Part shown: one piece after another, positions 1-11,926 of the stretch
Layout: each line of letters starts with the position of its first letter
Numbering within the stretch: position 1 is the stretch's first letter
Notes under the pieces: generated by a model
What the model saw: the letters and a program-made list of their open reading frames with translations, nothing else
Databases searched by the model: none
What the model was told of the DNA's origin: nothing
Position numbers and translations under genes: made by a program
From: Macrostomum lignano
Lineage: Eukaryota
DNA length: 64,000 bases
Direction: 5' to 3'
Assembly (NCBI GenBank): GCA_002269645.1
Contig: NIVC01000105.1
Span: 659,992-723,991, forward strand

Positions 1-660
1 AAAACTGTCATGGGAACGCAGAGACGCATCGGGCGCTTATGACGCAGTGAATTTATTCATCTTGAAAAATGCGAAAGGCATTTTTAGATGAATGCCGTTA
101 GATGAACCCTTCTGCCTTTCCGCAAGTTTTTTTACAGACAAGCTTTAAAATAAGTCAAAAAATCTCTAGAAAAAATTTCTAGAAAAAAATACGTAAAAGA
201 CAGTTTTAGAAACTACAATTAATTACCATATTTTTATTTGTAATTGTCACTGTGCCCTGTAGGAACTGAAAAGCAGACGAGTGTTGAGTGGGAGTGGCTT
301 AGGAAGGGACATTCTTCACCCACTATCGAACGCAGAGAAGGGGTTGGCTGGGGTGCCATTTTTATAACTGGGAAAGAGGCACAAGATTTTTACTCTCCAT
401 GTGCAGTCTAGTCTTACTTCGTGGTCTGTGGTGGGCACTCAACATCAATGGGACTTGTCAGGAGAATTCCCTGGACCGGACTGAATTTCCCTGGTCGCGG
501 ACCATTAGTTGCGCTGCCTCGCGGCACATCGAAAGCACTACTGACGCACCAAAGCTACAATACCTTATCTCTACACCCACAATGGCCACGGCGACATTAT
601 CTGTCGTGCAGTAGCCACGGGGGATGCCCTCACGCAAAAGCATTTGTAGCAGGAAGCCGA

Positions 661-1779
661 CTAGATCTTTTCGGCCCTTACTGCGCTGATAGGCCACATC
701 GACTCTCCCTGCCTCCTGACGGAGTAGCGCCAGCAGAGCGTCGGTTCGGTCGGCCAAGGGCTCAGTGCCCATAATGGCGGGCTTTTCGATTCCAGCTTTA
801 TCCGCGAGCGCAGGCCCATGCCCAACTGCCGAGCCCAAGATCTGAGCAGGTGGAAAAGGCAGTTAAGGCCACAGCCACGCCGAACGACGTCTCGAATGCC
901 GACTTGAAGGACGACCAGCCGCTCGAGCACAGCAGCCGGTGCCATGCTGACGTCGCATGAGTCGTTCTCTCCGTCTTCTTCGTCCTGCCACAGAAAGCCC
1001 GTGTAAATGTCGGTTGGGCTTTTCACGGCGGTTGTGAGTAGACCCATGACATCGCGAAGCATTGGCAGGGGCCAGTTCTGCAGAGTGACGATGGAATTGC
1101 AGCCGCACTGATTGGAAGCCGCCGCCTCGCGCCTGCTGGTTTCAACAGTCAACTGCGCAGCTGAGTGTTTTGACTGGTTCGCAGAGACAAACCGCTCTGG
1201 TCCAGTGTTAACAGGCGACCGATGCGGTGGCTTTTTCAGTGGCAATGCATTCGAACATGCGATGTGCCACTGCCACTGCTCCAGGACGGCGTCGACGCTA
1301 GCGTCTGGCGTGAGCAACCGGCCGACTTCGGCCACTGTCGGTTGCGTCGCGACGCAGGGACTGGCACTGGCTGGCAAATTGGGCCGACTGTGTACGCCGA
1401 CTTCGGCCACTGTTGGCTGTCTCGCGACTCCGGGACTGGCACTGGCTGGCAAATTGGGCCGACTGTGTACGCCGAATCCGGGCACGAGATTCGCGAGCCA
1501 CAGCCACGCGCCGTCCGTTCCGATCCTCTGGCTATACCGGTGTACTAGTTCGGCGACGCTGTTGCATCCGAGGTCAGCGAGAGGAACTTCAGCGCCTAAT
1601 AGCTGTCGGTAGGAGGTCAACACGGACTCGATGCGCACCCGAGGTGCTGGACGGCCCCGATGTGCGGGGTACAGCAGGATGGCACGGAGGTTACTAAGCA
1701 CGTCGGCTAATTTCCGTTTCTTTTCATCGGACAAATCCGAGATTTCGTTGCGATCCATTGTGCTGAAAGGGTGTGACAT
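661..1779 (-). CDS. 372-aa ORF with N-terminal LOTUS/OST-HTH-like domain (about 1495-1715); C-terminal part unassigned
   Basis: LRAILL...YRQLLGAEVPLADLGCNSVAELV fits the LOTUS pattern recalled from TDRD5/TDRD7 (IRSLL...Y..MVG..LPLR.LGY.S..EL). Single uninterrupted ORF. Confidence 0.6.
   Translation of the reverse strand: MSHPFSTMDRNEISDLSDEKKRKLADVLSNLRAILLYPAHRGRPAPRVRIESVLTSYRQLLGAEVPLADLGCNSVAELVHRYSQRIGTDGAWLWLANLVPGFGVHSRPNLPASASPGVARQPTVAEVGVHSRPNLPASASPCVATQPTVAEVGRLLTPDASVDAVLEQWQWHIACSNALPLKKPPHRSPVNTGPERFVSANQSKHSAAQLTVETSRREAAASNQCGCNSIVTLQNWPLPMLRDVMGLLTTAVKSPTDIYTGFLWQDEEDGENDSCDVSMAPAAVLERLVVLQVGIRDVVRRGCGLNCLFHLLRSWARQLGMGLRSRIKLESKSPPLWALSPWPTEPTLCWRYSVRRQGESMWPISAVRAEKI
1321..1475. 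repeat. 75-bp tandem duplication (2 copies), in frame within the LOTUS ORF
   Basis: gccgacttcggccactg starts at both 1321 and 1396; the protein repeats GVHSRPNLPASASP..A.QPTVAEV. Confidence 0.95.
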
Positions 1780-2133
1780 TCGACTTATGCAAATAGCATT
1801 CAGCTTGAACTGTAGGGGACGTAACTATGGTAGTAATGGCTACTTTGATGCTATCGAGGTATCACTTTTCCTTACTGCACATATGTACATAATGATGCGG
1901 AAAATGTATCATTCAATCAACTTGGGGTTCCAGCTGTACGTTAAGTGAACAGTTTTAAAAAAATTATGCTGCACCCAGTACTCAACAGTTTACGAGGTTA
2001 CCTTCAATACATTAAATTAATAACACGTATTACCCAATACTTTCGAAAACGGAAAAAAAGAAAGACAGAAGTCAGTGCACCAATACTAAAGCGCATAATT
2101 AAATTTTATTTTCAAATCGCATATCAGCTTAGC

Positions 2134-2441
2134 AGCTGCCTTGAGCCACAACAGAAGCGAGGATAGATTATCCATCGCAGGTCAGCATGGAAGCTGCCTT
2201 GAGCCACAACAGAAGCGAGGATAGATTATCCATCGCAGGTCAGCATGGAAGCTGCCTTGAGCCACAACAGAAGCGAGGATTGATTATCCATCGCAGGTCA
2301 GCATGGAAGCTGCCTTGAGCCACAACAGAAGCGAGGATTGATTATCCATCGCAGGTCAGCATGGAAGCTGCCTTGAGCCACAACAGAAGCGAGGATTGAT
2401 TATCCATCGCAGGTCAGCATAGAAGCTGCCTTGAGCCACAC
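2134..2441. repeat. 58-bp minisatellite, about 5.3 copies
   Basis: agctgccttgagccacaacagaagcgagga.. recurs at 2134, 2192, 2250, 2308, 2366 and 2424. Confidence 0.97.
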
Positions 2442-2701
2442 GATATGGTTACCGACCATAGTAGTCCGTATAGACTACTCTAGACGTGATCTGCTCACGG
2501 CTGGTGCAACTGCAAACGCCTTAGACAAACCACTGGAAGCATGTACCGACAAGAATCGGATTAGCGTCTATCTTAATAGGAAAGCTGCTTTGCCTACTGG
2601 GCCAGTTGGAGCTATTTGGAACCATGCCACAGTCGCCTTCTAGACACCCAGCTGTGTCAAACAATATGGTTGGCTGATTTTTTATGCTTCTAAGCTTCAA
2701 A

Positions 2702-3169
2702 TATGACGATACAATGCTGAGACCTGGACGCTGACCGGGGCGCTTGAGGCGCAGCTCGACGCGGCGCATGCGGCCCTAGTCCGCGCCGCTTTCGGCGCCC
2801 GCCGCGGCCCTGGCAGCGAGACAACCGAGTCCCTGTACAAACGCACAGGCCTGACGCGGCCTTCTGCCCTGCTGAGTCAGCGGCGCCTGCGGCTTGCCGG
2901 ACATGTCATCCGGGCCGAAGCCTACTGCCCAGAGCCGCTGCAGGACGTCCTGCTGTGGACCCCGCAGGGACCGCGCAGGCGTGGTCAGGGACGATCAGCC
3001 CGCTACGTCGACCGCCTTTTTGAAGATGCGCGAGCACCCAGCCAGACGGCCGGTGTGAAGCATATTAGAGACCTGGCTCTGAAACGCGCGATTTGACGCT
3101 CCCCCCTCTTGGCCACTCCCGTGGCTGGCGTGGGGCGTAACTATTATTATTATTATTATTATGACGATA
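2702..3169 (+). mobile_element. 5'-truncated RTE-type non-LTR retrotransposon with (TAT)n tail and 10-bp TSD
   Basis: Translates as (Y)NAETWTLT...RLRLAGHVIR...LLWTPQGPRRRGQG, a typical post-RT C-terminus. Tail (TAT)n from 3142. TSD tatgacgata at 2702-2711 and 3160-3169. Confidence 0.85.
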
Positions 3170-3525
3170 GAATCATTCAGACCGTTGACACACTAAGCAG
3201 CTGTGATAGACTACATGCCAGTGGAAGTCAAAACTCTCGCACACAAACAGGGCGCAACAATTTTTCAATTGTCACCTGTACGGAGGATGGGCTCAGCCTC
3301 ACATTACGGACGCTACAGTGCCGCCGAAAAGCAGATCAATTTACATTGCAATTTCGAGGATTTATTACCCCTCGCTTTACAAGAGGAATTAACGCCGTTG
3401 ACCAAACGGATGCCAGGGATTGCCTGATGGGATAACCATTTGCTGGGGTCTGTATTCAGCGGTTTTCCATCGGAGGCTTCCTCTTAAAATCCCCATGGTA
3501 CTTGTATAATGGATGCCGGATTAAT

Positions 3526-4270
3526 TTCGACTCAAGTCCCGAGATTTTCCCGGATCAGCTTCGCCCGGAACTTGGCTGAAATTCGGGTCAACGGAAGCTG
3601 ATCCGGGTGAATTTTCCGGATCAGTTGGTCCGGATCACTGGGGAATTCCGACTCAAGTCCCGAAATTTTCCTGGATCAGCTTTGCCCGGAACTTGGCTGA
3701 AATTCGGGTCAATGGGAGCTGATCCGGGTGAATTTTCCGGATCAGTTGGTCCGGATCACTGGGGAATTCCGACTCAAGTCCCGAAATTTTCCTGGATCAG
3801 CTTTGCCCGGAACTTGGCTGAAATTCGGGTCAATGGGAGCTGATCCGGGTGAATTTTCCGGATCAGTTGGTCCGGATCACTGGGGAATTCCGACTCAAGT
3901 CCCGAAATTTTCCCGGATCAGCTTCGCCCGGAACTTGGCTGAAATTCGGGTCAACGGAAGCTGATCCGGGTGAATTTTCCGGATCAGTTGGTCCGGATCA
4001 CTGGGGAATTCCGACTCAAGTCCCGAAATTTTCCTGGATCAGCTTTGCCCGGAACTTGGCTGAAATTCGGGTCAATGGGAGCTGATCCGGGTGAATTTTC
4101 CGGATCAGTTGGTCCGGATCACTGGGGAATTCCGACTCAAGTCCCGAAATTTTCCCGGATCAGCTTCGCCCGGAACTTGGCTGAAATTCGGGTCAACGGA
4201 AGCTGATCCGGGTGAATTTTCCGGATCAGTTGGTCCGGATCACTGGGGAATTCCGACTCAAGTCCCGAAA
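3526..4270. repeat. 121-bp tandem array (about 6 copies, two variant types), decaying into CCGG-rich sequence to about 4530
   Basis: Period of 121 (ORF-track starts at 3607, 3728, 3849, 3970, 4091, 4212). Variants cctgg..ctttg..aatggga and cccgg..cttcg..aacggaa. Confidence 0.97.
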
Positions 4271-4765
4271 TCTCACCCGGAACATTTTCACCCGGAACAC
4301 TACTGAAATTCGGGTCTACACCCAGAATTCCATAGTGTTCCGGGTGAAAAATTCCGGAAAATCAGACCGGAACAGCTTTCCTTTTCCCGAAAATTTTCCG
4401 GATCATATTTCCGGATCTTTTTCCGGAACAGGGGGCTGTTCCGGGCCAAAAAAGCTGATCCGGGCCTTCACCCGGAAATCAATTAAAAATCGGGCCCGGA
4501 TCACAAAATTCCGGAAAAAATTCCGGGTGAAACGTTCGACGGGAGAACTGGCACAGCAGATAACATACGCAATGAAATAGATTTGTGATATAGATCAATA
4601 AAACTATATGCAGCATATTACATATGACCCGATCAAAAAGCGCATGACAAGAGAAAATGGCATGGTAAGAAACACCAATGAAACTTTCATTGTTTCATTG
4701 AAACACCAGAGTTTGACAAGCGAGTTAAGAAGACTGGTGGTAAGAGACAGAGAGGGATTACACGC

Positions 4766-6991
4766 TCACTCCGTTCCGGTTAATGGGATAACAAGCCAGC
4801 TGTTTCCATTACGAGGAAAAAGGAAACACTTTTTTTGCGGAAAACCAGAAATTACAGAGCGAATTTCTTGATAAAAACCAATACCGAGTAGGGATGAAGT
4901 GTAAGGAGTGTTGTACAATTCTTTGTTAAAAATTAAAACGACACCTGAAACGATGGAGCCAGAGATGCATGTAATGCGTACAACTTTACTGTCAATTATA
5001 CAGCAATTGTCAGGAGTCCTTACCGAATATTCTACAGGGATAATAGGATTACTAGTGAGCAAATCGCGAAGAGAAAGCATTTGATTAAGCAAATGAGACG
5101 ACACAAACCTTGTATTGCGTAAGCGCCTTTTCAGATGCGACAGGTAGTTTTCAAATGGAAAGGCGGAGAATCCAGATACATTGCCACGCAGCCTAGCAGC
5201 ATCAGCCAGGTGAAGCAACACATGAGTATTAAAGTTCATTATGGTGTCGCCATACAATTCGGCGGCGTCGAACACAAAAAGGCGCATAGCAGCCTCAGCG
5301 AGGGACAGAAGGTGTGAGTCAGGGGCGAGATCAGAGCAGAATATATAGCAGGCAAAGTGGAATAGCAGAAAATGCTTGTACAAAATTTCTGGTAGGAATT
5401 TCCTAAAGTACGGGCCCACATAGAGAACAAACGTGCGAAACTCAGTGGCCTTGAAATGTCCCAATTCTCTGTCAATTCTTCGCGGGCGTCAGTTCGACGG
5501 CGTGTAAGACGCATGTGACTCAATCTTATCAGATAGAGTGGCGATTGCATCGGGACGGAGTTTACAGCGCCGCCCGTTGTCTTCTGCGAACAGGAAATGA
5601 AATAACCGACGAGCTACACCCAAGAAGAGAAGGTGCATTGGTTCCGGAGGGAAGGCGTCCAACATCGTTAAGTTTGGCAGTGAGAGCAGAGGGCTTGGCA
5701 CTGCCTTCTGGTTGGACTCTCTGTGGAAAGGTAGGTGGGAGAATTAGAGTGATAGGTAGGGTGAGGAGTTAGGTAGAGGGAAGGGTAGAGGGAAGGATAG
5801 AATTAAAGGTAGAGTGATAGGCAGAATAATAAGTAGAGTGAGGAGTTAGGGGCAGGGGTAGAGGTTGAGTGAGGGGTGAGTGAGGAGTTAGAGGTAGAGT
5901 GAGAGAGACTGAGGGGTTAGAATTCGATGTTGATTGAGGCAGAGTAGAGGTGGGTAGAGTAGATACTGACTTCTTACCTGTTTTCCCGGTAGACCTCGGC
6001 ACTCCGACTTTCTCCGGTCACAGTGGGGTACACAATCCGACGGTCAACCGTTTTCGCAACGGCCCTGCAGTACGGACACCCATGGAAAGCGTTGTGAGAC
6101 ATGGTAGACATGATGTACGATCGAGCCGGCGAGTCACAGACGAAAGTAACTCGTCTGATGCGGATTGGAACGGATTCTACGGTGATGAAATCAGTCATGA
6201 AGGCATCCAACTCCTTGGCGAATTCCGCTAAATAGTATATCGGCATTCCGTCGATGCCAAAATGAACGTCGATCTCGTAACCAGTCCTCCCATCTGCGGT
6301 AGTTATCGACGTCGGCTTTGTAAACTTCAGCTTGCCCGTCTGCAGCAGAAAGGCAAGGTTACTCTGGATGCCAAGGTAGGCGAAGTTGCCCATTCCCATG
6401 CTGTACTTCATGATTTTGCCTACTCTGCTCTCTGATCCACCGACTGTCGCATGCGTCTGTCGGTGCAGGGTTTTGACGACGGGCATCCCACGGCTGTACA
6501 GCGCATTGAGCAAAAATTGCATGGCTCGATGTGATATGTTGAATCGGACGAAAAACATCAGAAGCTCCTCGTTCAGACTCTCCATACTGGGCCTCAGATT
6601 CGCCTGATCGTCGTCATCTTCACTCTCTGGGTAGTCCATGTCGTCCTCGACTCCATTTTCTTCAAAGTGAACATGGTCGCACATTGCGCCCTGTAAAGAA
6701 GCAGGGTGAGAAGTAGAGCGAGGTTGAGTGAGAGGCAAAGTGAGAAGTTATCAAACATGCACATGCAGACTGAGATGTTACGCTTACCTGCCGGAGCTCG
6801 GAGTCGGAGGAAGGGTCCAGTGTGGGTGTATCCACACTCTCATCCGGTACGGATGGAGCCTCAAATGGAGCAGAAACTGTCACATGTCGAGCTTGAACAG
6901 TCTGTTAAGCGCTCAAATTTTCAGTAAGCCAATTTTTGAATAGACGGGACATATTACTGTCTCCTTCAGTGCGCCTTCTCTTAGGTGGCAT
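4766..6991 (-). pseudogene. CACTA/EnSpm (CMC)-type DDE transposase, spliced and defective
   Basis: Motifs IDGMP, FVCDSPAR..HN.FHGCPYC, PMHLLFLGV, FKATEFR, NTHVLLHL and SAFPFEN. ATG at 6991 (MPPKRRR). Intron 5977-5721 (GTAAG..CAG) joins in frame; a second GT-AG intron lies near 6787-6691. In-frame TAA near 6905, TGA at 5491-5489, and an apparent deletion after DGMP. Confidence 0.85.
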
Positions 6992-7361
6992 TTTTCAAGA
7001 CTATTGAATACGGTACAGAGTACAATAGAAAATAAAAAATGCATACTAGAGTAGAGTTATCTGGTAGGTATTGAACATGGGATATACAAATTGATTCGTC
7101 CGTAAAGGGTCGGAGTAAGGTAGGAGGCGGGATGGAGAAATTGATTGGGGCTGGGCGGCTGGAGTGGAGGGATGGGATGGGTCGGGAGGTCTTGAATGTG
7201 GAGAGTGGTGGGGTTGAGAGAGGGGCAACTGGGCAAGGCTGAACTTTTATGCAGTAAAATTATCCTGCAAACAGTAAAAAACTGCATTTCTCACTGTGAC
7301 TGCAAAATTCTATATCTCCACAGTCGGCATTATATTTCGAGCATTACATTACATTTGCAAC

Positions 7362-9432
7362 ATGTCGTCAAGGGCGGGCATTCGCTTTATTGTTTTCTTC
7401 ATGGACGACGGCCAAATTCTGGAGAAGTCCGAGGAGGAACTGACACTCGGCCACTACCAAGGCTTCAGTCCGTTGACTGGCGAGCAATGGACGAGGCACT
7501 AATGTACGAGCCAACGCGAATGGAGGTGCGGGCAGAGTACGGTGAAGAGTGGTATTCAGCCATCATACTGCAAGTGGTGCTGGACCCAGAGACAGACAGC
7601 GCGCCAACCATTCATCATCTCCGCAGAATGCGCTTCGAGAAGAAGAAGACGCTGGACTCTCTTCTCAAAGCGATTCGGCGAGTTAATTGCGGTCAGCGGA
7701 ATCGAATCCCGCTGATCGATGTGAGTCTACCTTTCCTATTAGTGCATAGTATATGTGAGGGTGAGAGTGAGAGCAGACGAGACTGAGAGTGCGATGCGGT
7801 GAGGATAGAGGTGAGCAGCCCTGCTGTATGGGGTGGAACGCGCCAGAAGGATGAGGCGACGCTGAACGACAGTTTCATTAGGATATTTGCTACGGACATT
7901 ATCTCAGAATTTGAATGTATCTTCTAAATGTATTAATTCACAGAACATGCCAACGTCTGAGGAAAGCGAGAAGGATCAGGAAAGCGACTGCACCCTTACT
8001 TCTTCGACACCCCTCGACACACCAAGTGCGCTGCGACCGACACTGCCGTCACTGCCGATGTCGACACTTCGTTCCACACCCCTCAGCACACCAAGTGGGA
8101 TGGGACCGACACTGTCGTCAATGCCAACACTGATGCAGCGGCCGTTTCGGCAGCTTGTGTCAAATGAGTCCAGAGCAGTCTCTGAAGCTTCTGGAAGCGG
8201 TCACGGTGCTTATGAGCCTCCAAGTACCGTCCCCAAGAGCACAGAGCAGGACCGGCCTGAGGGCGGAGCAGCTTCGAGCGGCCTCGGGTTCCACCCCACA
8301 GCGTTGCGGGACATTCCAGCGCAGCTGATGGGCCTGGGACTTGATCCGGAGTCCATGTGCAGCGTCGCATACCTAGCTACTCTGGCTACTCGCAGAGCTT
8401 GCGAGACGCACGAGGCCATAAAACGCTGCAGAGGGAGTTATCCACCATCATTGAGGCTCTGTCCGTTCAAGTGGCTGTACTCAATCGACGAATGCAGGCA
8501 CAGCCGCAACACGGGGCAGCCGTGGCAGATTCGACTAGGCGCGACAACTTTCGCCCGATCAATTCCTGGCCGGATTACATTCGCTTCATCACTTCACGAG
8601 CGGAGCGAAGCAACTTGGTAAGAACACAGTAAACATGGCTAATGCACCATATCGCAAATATCGAGAGTTCTGTGATATTATTTCGAAATGAATTTCCCAC
8701 AAAACAGGCTCCAAGTCTACTCGGATGCCGGGCTACTAGTACGCATGACACTGTCAAGCGCTTGCTAAACAAATGCCTGTCGCCGGAACTACAATGCCTC
8801 GTGAACTGGTCCGGTAGGAACATGGCCAGACGGCTTCTGGATGAGCACCCAGATTTCCAAGTGACGGACGCCTTCTTGGCTTTCAGAAATGCGCTGGACG
8901 TCTTCCTAGGGGAATTTTTTCCTGCTCAATATCATGCCATGCATACCTTTGGGAGTGTTTCAAGGGGTTGTAATTGAGAGTGTGAAAGGGATGAATTCAC
9001 GAAAAATCGGGGTCGCGTCACAAGCGCTAAATTTCACAAATTTCACAAGCGCAAAAAAAATTCTAAATCTTCGGTGAACACAATTTTTATTGTAAAGTTT
9101 TCAACATGTGCATATCTTACTATCTTACTTATAGCAGTAGTCCCGATCACATCTGATAAGATCCTTAAGCACAAAACTGCAGAGCGTTCAGAACGTGCGA
9201 ATAAATGCAGAGGGGTGAGAAAATAGTTGAAGGAAATTAAGCCTGCTATTCCAGTTATTCACTGTACATCCAAAAATCCAATCTCCCTTTTGATTCCTCA
9301 GAGGCCATCATCGCGTTGTACCCAGAGGAGGCCAGGCGGCCTTCCGAGTACGATGTAAAGAAGACGCTGAAAGACCTTCTGAAGCACGCCGCAGAGGCAG
9401 GCCGCAAGGCGCCGCCATACGCTCGAGCCTAG
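7362..9432 (+). pseudogene. Spliced accessory gene divergent from the transposase, with a DUF4806-like C-terminus
   Basis: Phase-matched introns 7721-7943 and 8618-8707. Last exon 9302-9432 reads EAIIALYPEE..EYDVKKTLKDLLKHA. LLGC....DTVKRLLNKCLSPEL..LVNWSGR resembles DUF4806. Two frameshifts (about 7480 and 8360) and a degraded donor at 8910. Confidence 0.65.
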
Positions 9433-9780
9433 GGAAGCTGGAGCGGCGGGACAGGAGGGCATTCAACAGCAAGCTGTTGCAGCGCAAGGCCATCGGCAGC
9501 TAGCGGCTGGCCGTCAGTAGCGAGAGGCGGGCTGTCGAGGTCCAGCGTCGAAGCGCCCTCGCATTAGCAGCAGTGACAGCTCCAGTGACTAATTTTATAA
9601 ATTTATACACATTTATACTTTAAACAATCACAAACTTTAACTTGCTAGTTCAATGCTAAACTTTAGCTTAACTCAATGCTAAAATAAACCATACATTTTT
9701 CGGCAACTGCTTTGTCTTCTCATTTCTAAAATCGAATCTGCACGCATAGCTTGTGCTAATATTCTATCAACTTTTATTTT

Positions 9781-10045
9781 AGCTCTACTCCACTCTACTC
9801 TCCTCAGCTCTCCTCTCTACTTTATCCTCTCCTCTCCCCTCTACTCTACTCTCCTCTCCTCACCTCTCCTCTCGTCCCCCCTCTACTCTACTCTCCTCTC
9901 TTTACCTCTCCTCTCCTCTCCCCCTCTACTCTACTCTCCTCTCCTCACCTCACCTCACCTCTCTACTCTCTCCACACATCTCCTCTCTACTTCCCCCTCC
10001 TTATCTTTCCTCTTCCTTCTCTCCTCTCTCCCTACTCCCTACTCT
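9781..10045. repeat. Polypyrimidine low-complexity tract (CTCTACTCT/CTCCT)
   Basis: Almost exclusively C/T, with recurring ctctactctactctcctctcc. Confidence 0.9.
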
Positions 10046-11926
10046 GGCCCGCAGTCATGCGCTAAGTTATCAATCTGGCCCTTGACGGCTTGAAGTAAAA
10101 GTTTTGCCGACGCCTAAGTTAGTGCTACAAGCAAACTGAAACAAGCAAGGAACTATAATGATACTTACCTTCTGCGTCACTCGAAAATTTGTAATGAAAT
10201 TAGAAAGTGTAGAAAAATAGTGAAAGAGTTGAAGTAGAAAGTTTGTAAGAAAATTATTGAGTAAGAGAGTAGGAAGGAAATTGAGCTGGAGTTAGAACTG
10301 AAGACTGACGTGTTTTAGACTGAAGAGACTGCAGACTGCAGAGTTAGAGATCGAGCTTTCAAACCGGTTCAAACCGGTTTATACTAGACAGATTGCTTTG
10401 TCTGCTTTCTGGGAATTTTCCACGTCCTATTTTCCATTAAGGTGGTTACTGTTTACGGGAAGTGAAGAAAGAGACTCCGTGCACCTTAGAGGACATCTGA
10501 GTTCGCATCTCCTCATCCAATGGCAGCTGACCAATGCTTCGACGACAAGGCCAATGAAAAAAGCTCGTCCCGTTTAGTTTAACAAAAGAAAACATTTTCA
10601 TTGCTAGAGCGCTGTTTTGTCTGTAGGTTAGTTGGACCAGCTTCTCTACGGCAATTGAGTTGCAGGCCTTGCAGCTAGCTACTTTGAGATTATCAGACAA
10701 AACTCACTTTTTTGGACTCGGTGTCGACGGATTTGCGAGCAGACTGACGATTTTCACCAGGCGATGCGGCCTTCTTCGATTTCGCAATGGCTTGTTGCGA
10801 CAGTGTTTTTTTAGTTTTTAACTTAGGCTTGGCGTCCTTTCTTTTGCGGCTCATCATATCTTGTTTATAGATTACAGTTTTGGCACAATAAATTTATATA
10901 TGGATGAAATTTAGAGTATGGATTAACATCAGACCTAATAAGTATAAATAAAATCAGTTCTAATTTATACAATTACAATTTTTTAAAGTTATACAGTATA
11001 GATTATAAGTACTTTCTTTTAAACTGTCTGTGTCTGGTCTAACTACGCCATGGTTTACGGTGACCACCCGCTTAGACATTATAAATCCCTTTGTCCACTT
11101 TCTTACCTTCAGAACCGGTTGGCTGCGGTAGTAGTAGGGCGAATTATGATACTGCCGCACTAGCACTGGCGAGATAGGCGGCAATGCAAATGTATAGGGA
11201 AAAATACACTGCGGAGAAATGAGCCCTATCTCTGTGCATTGGGGACGGCTAAACATTGCAGAGATACGAGGGGTGGCCAATCTCTGTGCTCTGTGTTAGG
11301 GTAAGGTTAAAAAGTTTTACAACTGCACAGTGGACGGCTGGTGTTGCTTACCTGGATAAGGGGACGGGGGAATACACTAATTACAGCCGGTGGCCTCTAT
11401 AACGGTAAAGTAATTATTACCTGAGCATGGCTGGATGTTCATATACGAAATGATAAGGAGAGGGCATGCATGTAAAAATTACTATATAAGCAGCCACGCA
11501 AGTACAAATAAACAAACAGACATAAACAAATTGTATAAAAGGATTTTTAAAAACCTTACTACTTCTAAAAAACAACTCTTTCTCTTTCAAAATGAAAACT
11601 TTTTAAAGTTGTCATAGAGACCTCTATGAGGTCTGTATAAGCTGCGAAGTGTGCCTGCTTGGAGGCGTGTCCCCAAGACACCACGAGAATGAGAACTGTC
11701 TGGTCTCATGCTGGTTGGCATGCGACCAGTGCGGCACCGTCGAAGCTCTACAGGAGGGAAAAATTCCAGCATATCATCGAGGACACAGGATCGTCAGCGA
11801 TGACAAGAAAAAGCAAGAAATTAACCGCTAGAAAGTAATCCGCGCCATCAAGAAGAGCAAAGAGAGAGAAAAGAAAAGCCAGCAGAAAAAGGGAGCCAGC
11901 AGGAGTCTGCTATCAGCTCACTTGAG

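Noticed and set aside
458-1030. Tudor domain after LOTUS (TDRD5-like call)
   Set aside because: Only a weak V.SP..Y hint and no aromatic-cage motif, so no gene symbol was assigned.
3526-4270. CRISPR-like array (also considered for 2134-2441 and 55245-55976)
   Set aside because: Units are contiguous near-identical copies without unique spacers, there are no cas genes, and the context is eukaryotic.
3607-4306. Six repeated 71-78-aa ORFs
   Set aside because: By-product of the 121-bp period (not a multiple of 3), with GTG starts and no protein signature.
4321-10411. Termini of the CACTA-type element (CCCAG at 4321 and 10411, or CACAG at 4552)
   Set aside because: At most 7 bp of inverted match and no TSD.
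10446-10857. Basic Lys-rich minus-strand gene fragment (MMSRKRKDAK..)
   Set aside because: No consistent spliced frame or recognisable domain.
11630-11745. PHD-like CxxC..WLACDQC fragment
   Set aside because: Lacks the following H/C ligands and is too short.
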